Notes under the pieces: model-generated
What the model was told of the DNA's origin: nothing
Databases searched by the model: none
The model's input: only the letters and a program-made list of their open reading frames with translations
Translations under genes and position numbers: made by a program
Source of the DNA: Gemmatimonas sp.
GTDB lineage: Bacteria > Gemmatimonadota > Gemmatimonadetes > Gemmatimonadales > Gemmatimonadaceae
Assembly: GCA_965279375.1 (NCBI GenBank)
Contig: OZ257156.1
Span: forward strand, 3,680,001-3,744,000
Reading direction: 5' to 3'
Length of the DNA: 64,000 bases
Part shown: in pieces, positions 58,811 through 64,000 of the stretch
Layout: the number at the start of each line of letters is the position of its first letter
Position numbering within the stretch: the stretch's first letter is position 1

Positions 58811-60390
58811 GCGCAGAGTCGAACGGCCGATCGGCGATGGTAGTTGGTGCGGGAATCTTTCTGAGCCGCATCGTTGGCTTGCTGCGCAACTTGCTCTTCG
58901 CTCGCTACTTCGGCGCAGGTGTGGCGTCGGATGCATACACCGCGGCCTTCAAGATCCCGAATGCCGTGCGCAATCTGCTCGGCGAAGGCACGCTCTCCGC
59001 ATCGTTCGTTCCGGTGTACAGCAAGATGCTTGCGCGCGGCGACGAAAAGGCGTCTCGCGCGCTTGCCGGTGCGATTCTCGGTCTGCTGCTCGCGGCCGTC
59101 TCCGTGCTCACACTCGTGGGAATCGCGATCGCGCCGTGGCTGACCACATTTCTCGCCGCCGGCTTCGACGACGCCACGCAGGCGCTGACCACGCGACTGA
59201 CGCGCGTGCTTTTCCCGATGACCGGGCTGATGGTGCTGAGCGGCTGGTGCCTCGGCATCCAGAACTCGCACCGTCGCTTCTTCTGGTCGTATGCGAGCGC
59301 GGCGCTGTGGTCGATTGCCCAGATCGCCTTGCTGCTCGTTTGGGGAAGTCGTGCCAGCGATATGGTGCAGCTGTCGGTGTGGTTGGCGTGGGCCACGTTG
59401 GTGGGCGCTGCGTTGCAGGTGGGCGCACAACTTCCAGAGGTCATGCGGCTGGTGTGGCCGCTACCCGTCTCGCTCAGCACGATGGCCGACGGCGTGAAGC
59501 AGACGCTCCGCAATGTGTTGCCGGTGGTGACGGCGCTCGGCGTGGTGCAGATCTCGTCGTTCGTGGACCTGCAGATTGCATCCTGGCTGCCGTCTGGCGC
59601 GGCGACGAACATGGGATACGCGAACAACATTGCGCTGTTGCCCGTGTCGCTGTTCGGCGTGTCGGTCGCTGCGGCGTCGTTGCCGGAGTTTTCGCGCGAC
59701 TCGGGTTCGCTGGCCATGGATGCGCTGCTCGAGCGCCTGCGCGGCGGTTGGCAGCGCATCCTGTTCTACATCATCCCGAGCACTGTCGCGTTCACGGCGT
59801 TCGGTGACTACTGCGTGGGCATCCTGTACCGCGGTGGCAAGTTTGGTGCGCAGGAGCAGCAGGTGGTGCATTTGATCCTGGCAGCATTCGCCGTCGGGCT
59901 CATCAGCTTTGCGTCCGTCAAGTTGCTGTCGTCCGCGTACTACGCGCTGCAGGACTATCGCACGCCGCTGCGCGCGAGCATCGCGAGTATCTGCGTGTCG
60001 GCGGTGGCGTCTATCGCGATTGCCGTTCCGTTGCGCGCGTCGCCGTACGCGTCGGCGGGCATCGCTCTCGGTACCGCGCTCGGGTCGTACGTGAATCTCA
60101 GCATCCTCATTCGCGGCCTGAATCGACGACTGGGCTCTCTGTACACGACAACAATGTGGGCAGGCACGCGGCGCATTCTGATTGCGTCTGCAGTGGGCGC
60201 TGCGGTCGCCTGGGGCGGGAAGCTCGGTTTGACTGCGCTGACCTCATCACTCCATCCGCGCGTTGCCGGGCCGCCGATCCTCGCGCTCTTTGGTGGCGTG
60301 TACTTGCTCGTTGCGTGGTGGATGGGATCGGGTGAGGCGGCGCGGTGGCTTCGACTGCCGATGCGGTCGCGCCCGACGCCTGCCGCCTGA
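58807..60390 (+). CDS. murJ: Lipid II flippase MurJ (MviN)
   Basis: SRIVGLLR, DAY.AAFKIPN.VRNLLGEGTLSASFVP, YALQDYRTP; GTG overlaps bshC stop. Confidence 0.95.
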   Translation: MSAESNGRSAMVVGAGIFLSRIVGLLRNLLFARYFGAGVASDAYTAAFKIPNAVRNLLGEGTLSASFVPVYSKMLARGDEKASRALAGAILGLLLAAVSVLTLVGIAIAPWLTTFLAAGFDDATQALTTRLTRVLFPMTGLMVLSGWCLGIQNSHRRFFWSYASAALWSIAQIALLLVWGSRASDMVQLSVWLAWATLVGAALQVGAQLPEVMRLVWPLPVSLSTMADGVKQTLRNVLPVVTALGVVQISSFVDLQIASWLPSGAATNMGYANNIALLPVSLFGVSVAAASLPEFSRDSGSLAMDALLERLRGGWQRILFYIIPSTVAFTAFGDYCVGILYRGGKFGAQEQQVVHLILAAFAVGLISFASVKLLSSAYYALQDYRTPLRASIASICVSAVASIAIAVPLRASPYASAGIALGTALGSYVNLSILIRGLNRRLGSLYTTTMWAGTRRILIASAVGAAVAWGGKLGLTALTSSLHPRVAGPPILALFGGVYLLVAWWMGSGEAARWLRLPMRSRPTPAA

Positions 60391-60405
60391 CACGGCCGTC
60401 GAGCG

Positions 60406-62355
60406 ATGTCTGACGAGAGCGTAGTGCGCGATTCCGATGCGGCGATGCCGCTGCCCGATGACGAATGGACAGCGGAGGCGATGGCGCGCGGCATGCCGGC
60501 GTCGGTGGCGGTAAAACTGCCACACTTGCCGGATGGTCCGGGTGTGTATCTGTGGAAGGATGCGGACGGCGTCATCCTGTACGTCGGCAAGGCGAAGCGA
60601 CTGCGATCGCGCGTGCGCAGCTACTGGGCGCAGGATCACGAGGCGAGCCCCAAGACGCGTGGTCTGCTGCGCAAGGTGCGCGACCTCGAGACGATCGTCG
60701 TTCCCACGGAGGCGCACGCGCTGATCCTCGAAGCGACGATGATCAAGGAGAATCGTCCTCGCTTCAACATCGCGCTGCGCGACGACAAGTCGTATCCGTA
60801 CATCAAGGTTACGGTTCAGGAGCCGTTCCCGCGTGTGATCGTCACGCGCCGACTTCTCGACGACGGTGCGCGCTACTTCGGTCCGTACACCGATGTGGGT
60901 GCGATGCGAAAGGCGCTCAACGTCGTCAAGCGCATCTTCACCGTGCGCTCGTGCCACTACGCGCTGATGCGAGAGGTACCGGAGCGGCCCTGTCTCGACT
61001 ACTTCATCAAGAAGTGTCAGGCGCCGTGCGTGGGATATCAGTCGAGCGAAGACTACCGCACGATGATCGACGAGGTCGTCTGGTTTCTCGACGGCCGCAC
61101 CAACGACGTCGTGCGCCGCGTTAAGGAGCGCATGGTCGAGGCGTCGGAGCGTCTCGACTTTGAACGCGCCGCCGAGATGCGCGATGCGTTGCGTCATCTC
61201 GAGAAGATGGAAGAGCCGACGGTCGTGCTCGAAGTGGAGGGCGGCGATCGCGACGTGGTGGGCTACGCGCGCGATGGCGAAGATGCGTGCGTGGTCGTGC
61301 TGCGCATTCGTGGCGGTACCCTGCTCGCGCGCGATCATCGTCTCGTGGAGCATGCCGAAGGCGAAGACGATGGCGCCGTACTCGGCGCGTGTCTGGCGCA
61401 GTGGTATCGCACCGCGGATGCGCGGGCAGCGGATCTGCTCGTACCGTTCGACTTCGAGGACCGCGAATCGCTGGAGACCTCGCTCGAGTGGACGCGCATT
61501 CGCGTGCCGCAGCGCGGTCCACGGCGCGCACTCGTGGATCTCGCCGATCAGAACGCGCGACACTTGTTGGAGGAGTTCAAGCTGGCGGCGCTCGAAGCCG
61601 AAGAGCGAGCCGCCGATCCAGTGTACGAACTGCAACGCGAACTGGGATTACCACGCTTGCCTCGTTCGCTCGTCTGCTTCGACATCTCCCACGCGCAGGG
61701 TACGGACGTCGTCGCCAGCTGCGTCTGGTTCGAGAACGCGCGTCCCAAGCGGGCGGAGTACCGCAAGTTCAAGATCGCGTCGTTCGAGGGGAACGACGAC
61801 TTCCGCGCGATGATGGAAGTGGTGACGCGCTACTTCACTCGTCGGCTGGCCGAGGAGAAGCCGCTCCCCGATTTGTGTGTGATCGACGGCGGCAAGGGGC
61901 AGTTAGGCAAGGCGCGCGAGGCCCTTGACCAGCTCGGCGTGACGCAGATGGCGCTCATCAGCCTGGCCAAGCGCGAGGAAGAGATCTTCGTGCCGGGGAA
62001 GAGTGAATCGGTGCGATTGCCCAAGCGCTCGCCCGCACTGCGCATGCTGCAGCAGGCGCGCGATGAGGCGCATCGATTTGCGATCACCTTCCAGCGTCAG
62101 AAGCGCGCTGCCCGCACCATTACCTCGGAGCTGCTCAAGATTCCGGGCGTGGGGCCGAACAAGCGACGAGCGCTGCTCAAGGCCTTTGGAAGCGTGCAAG
62201 GGGTGCGCAACGCGAGCGTGGCCGACGTGGCCGCGATTCCGGGCTTTGGCGTCGGCTCCGCCAGGAAGCTGCTGCTTGCGCTCGGCGTTCCGGTGGCGGA
62301 TGATCCGCCGCCAGTCGTTCCTGATGATTCTCCAACCGAAACGGACCCGTCGTGA
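60406..62355 (+). CDS. uvrC: Excinuclease ABC subunit C
   Basis: LPDGPGVY..YVGKAK.LRSRV GIY-YIG domain, UVR, FDISH, IDGGKGQ, RDEAHRFA, HhH. Confidence 0.98.
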   Translation: MSDESVVRDSDAAMPLPDDEWTAEAMARGMPASVAVKLPHLPDGPGVYLWKDADGVILYVGKAKRLRSRVRSYWAQDHEASPKTRGLLRKVRDLETIVVPTEAHALILEATMIKENRPRFNIALRDDKSYPYIKVTVQEPFPRVIVTRRLLDDGARYFGPYTDVGAMRKALNVVKRIFTVRSCHYALMREVPERPCLDYFIKKCQAPCVGYQSSEDYRTMIDEVVWFLDGRTNDVVRRVKERMVEASERLDFERAAEMRDALRHLEKMEEPTVVLEVEGGDRDVVGYARDGEDACVVVLRIRGGTLLARDHRLVEHAEGEDDGAVLGACLAQWYRTADARAADLLVPFDFEDRESLETSLEWTRIRVPQRGPRRALVDLADQNARHLLEEFKLAALEAEERAADPVYELQRELGLPRLPRSLVCFDISHAQGTDVVASCVWFENARPKRAEYRKFKIASFEGNDDFRAMMEVVTRYFTRRLAEEKPLPDLCVIDGGKGQLGKAREALDQLGVTQMALISLAKREEEIFVPGKSESVRLPKRSPALRMLQQARDEAHRFAITFQRQKRAARTITSELLKIPGVGPNKRRALLKAFGSVQGVRNASVADVAAIPGFGVGSARKLLLALGVPVADDPPPVVPDDSPTETDPS

Positions 62356-63500
62356 CTGATCGCGCGAATTGGAGCCTGACCTGCTCGTCCTGTGCCACTG
62401 CCGTTCCTGTCGCCGGCGCCTCGCTGTGCACGAGCTGCGGGCAGCCGCTTTTTGCGCGCTATGCGCCTGTTCCAGTCGGAACCCCCCTCGCACCGCGATG
62501 GGACGCGTGGCGGTATTCGCCGTTCATGCCGCTGCTCGCCGGCGAGGCTCCCGTCACGCTGGGCGAAGGGCTGACTCCGCTGATCGAGTCGCCGGCGCTG
62601 GCGACAGCCATGGGCGTACGACGACTGTGGATCAAGGACGAAGGGCAGAACCCGACGGCGTCGTTCAAGGCTCGTGGCATGAGTGCGGCGGTCACGCGGG
62701 CCAAGGGAGCTGGGGTGCCGGGGATCGTGGTGCCGACGGCCGGCAACGCCGGTGCGGCGCTTGCTGCGTACGGCGCGGCGGCCGGGCTCGAAGTGCGTGT
62801 CTTTGCGCCTCGAACGACGCCACGTCCGATTCTCGACACGATCGAAGCGATGGGGGCGACACTGGTCCGCATCGACGGGCACATCGGCGACGCCGGAAAG
62901 CTGGCCCTGGCGTACGCGGCGGAGACCGGGTTCTTCAACGTGTCCACGCTGCGCGAGCCGTACCGCGTGGAGGGGATGAAGACGATGGGTTTTGAGGTGG
63001 CCGAGCAGTTGGGGTGGCGACTCCCGGATGCCATCGTCTATCCGACCGGCGGCGGCGAAGGGACGATCGGCATCTGGAAGGCGATCGACGAGCTGGTCGC
63101 GGGCGGGTGGCTTCCGGCCGATGCAAAGCAGCCCAAGTACGTCATCGCGCAGGCGTCTGGGTGTGCGCCGATTGCGCGGGCATTCGCTGCGGGCGAGTCG
63201 AAGGCGGAGCCGTGGATCGATCCGACCACGTACGCCGCGGGATTGCGAGTGCCGTCGCCACTGGGCGACCGACTGTTGCTGCGCATTCTCCGCGAGGCGG
63301 GCGGCACGGCCGGCGTGGCGACCGAGGAGCAGATCCGGACGTGGACGCTCCGCATGGCGACCGAGACCGGGATCGATGCGGCGCCAGAAGGCGGCTGCGC
63401 GTTGCAGGTTTTGCACGATGCGGTGCGCGCCGGAACGATCGCGGCGGACGCGGAAGTCGTGCTGTTCAACACCGGAAGTGGTGCGTCGTATCGCACCTGA
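62352..63500 (+). CDS. thrC: Threonine synthase-like PLP enzyme
   Basis: N-terminal CxxC..CxxC, TLGEGLTPL, KDEGQNPTASFKARG, TAGNAG, EGMKT, PTGGG. Confidence 0.88.
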   Translation: MTDRANWSLTCSSCATAVPVAGASLCTSCGQPLFARYAPVPVGTPLAPRWDAWRYSPFMPLLAGEAPVTLGEGLTPLIESPALATAMGVRRLWIKDEGQNPTASFKARGMSAAVTRAKGAGVPGIVVPTAGNAGAALAAYGAAAGLEVRVFAPRTTPRPILDTIEAMGATLVRIDGHIGDAGKLALAYAAETGFFNVSTLREPYRVEGMKTMGFEVAEQLGWRLPDAIVYPTGGGEGTIGIWKAIDELVAGGWLPADAKQPKYVIAQASGCAPIARAFAAGESKAEPWIDPTTYAAGLRVPSPLGDRLLLRILREAGGTAGVATEEQIRTWTLRMATETGIDAAPEGGCALQVLHDAVRAGTIAADAEVVLFNTGSGASYRT

Positions 63501-63582
63501 GTGAACGCATTCCGGACCGGAATCGAGGGTGTTGCCGTTGAAGTTCGCTGCACGGTCGATCGAGCGAAGTCCATGTCTTTGA

Positions 63583-63611
63583 TTGACTTCGCTTGGTCTG
63601 CCTCTTACGTT
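63583..63611 (+). promoter_or_regulatory. Sigma70 promoter (TTGACT-17-TACGTT) overlapped by an inverted repeat
   Basis: Near-consensus hexamers, 17-nt spacer, about 90 nt upstream of the next ATG. Confidence 0.6.
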
Positions 63612-63702
63612 GTGTGAAGTGGGCGGCGGCGTTGGGTTGCCGCCCGATTAGTGTCCGGGGGAGGGCCGCGCTGGCCCCGTCCCCCGTTTTCGTACCGGGA
63701 CC

Positions 63703-64000
63703 ATGGTTCGCGTCACACGTGTGCATCCCGGGAGCATCGCCGATGAAATCGGCATTGTCCCCGACACCGAACTCCTCGCCGTGAATGGACGGCCGTTGGA
63801 GGACTTCCTTGATTGGGAGTTCTTGACGGCTGACGAGGCGTTCGTGGTGGCCGCAAAGCTGCCCGATGGCACGGCGATGGAATACGACATCGAGCGCGTC
63901 GATGGCGAACCAATGGGCGTCGAGCTGGCACCGCCGACGATTCGCCGCTGCGCGAACCGCTGCGAATTCTGCTTCATCGAAGGTCTCCCCAAGGGGCTGC
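63703..64000 (+). CDS. PDZ + radical SAM (DUF512 family) protein, truncated by window end
   Basis: MVRVTRVHPGSIADEIGI..LLAVNG..D.LDW PDZ-like start; CANRCEFC CxxxCxxC; LPKGL; absent from ORF track because no stop is in the window. Confidence 0.85.
   Translation, partial: MVRVTRVHPGSIADEIGIVPDTELLAVNGRPLEDFLDWEFLTADEAFVVAAKLPDGTAMEYDIERVDGEPMGVELAPPTIRRCANRCEFCFIEGLPKGL

Overview
GC-rich bacterial chromosome segment; the 16S sequence and gene content point to Gemmatimonadota (Gemmatimonas-like; my recognition, not a database result). It is almost entirely core genome on the + strand. In order: infB-rbfA-truB-ribF, secD-secF-tatD-ridA-murI, an opposed LpxH-like gene, an envelope cluster (thioesterase, HEAT-repeat cyclophilin, lipoprotein, lptE, rfaE2), rph-rdgB and three tRNAs. 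Next come two apparently identical rRNA operons in tandem (5436-bp repeat, offset 8876 bp, tRNA-less ITS), separated by a 3.4-kb accessory patch that holds a lipoprotein, a secreted HExxH metallopeptidase and two integron attC-like motifs. Then era, a PorV-like barrel, a GGDEF/zinc-ribbon pair, frameshifted prfB, lysS, lolE/lolD, mcsA-mcsB-clpC, bamA-skp-lpxD-lpxC/fabZ-lpxA-gnnA-like-lpxB-DUF374-lpxK, gdhA-rlmH-bshC-murJ-uvrC-thrC and a truncated DUF512 radical SAM gene. The best novel candidate is the era leader, which ends in a hairpin plus GGATTACCTCC directly before the ATG, a near-exact copy of the 16S rRNA 3' end that Era binds; this suggests autoregulation by rRNA mimicry. I saw no CRISPR array, transposase or prophage. 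All homology calls come from reading motifs by eye.
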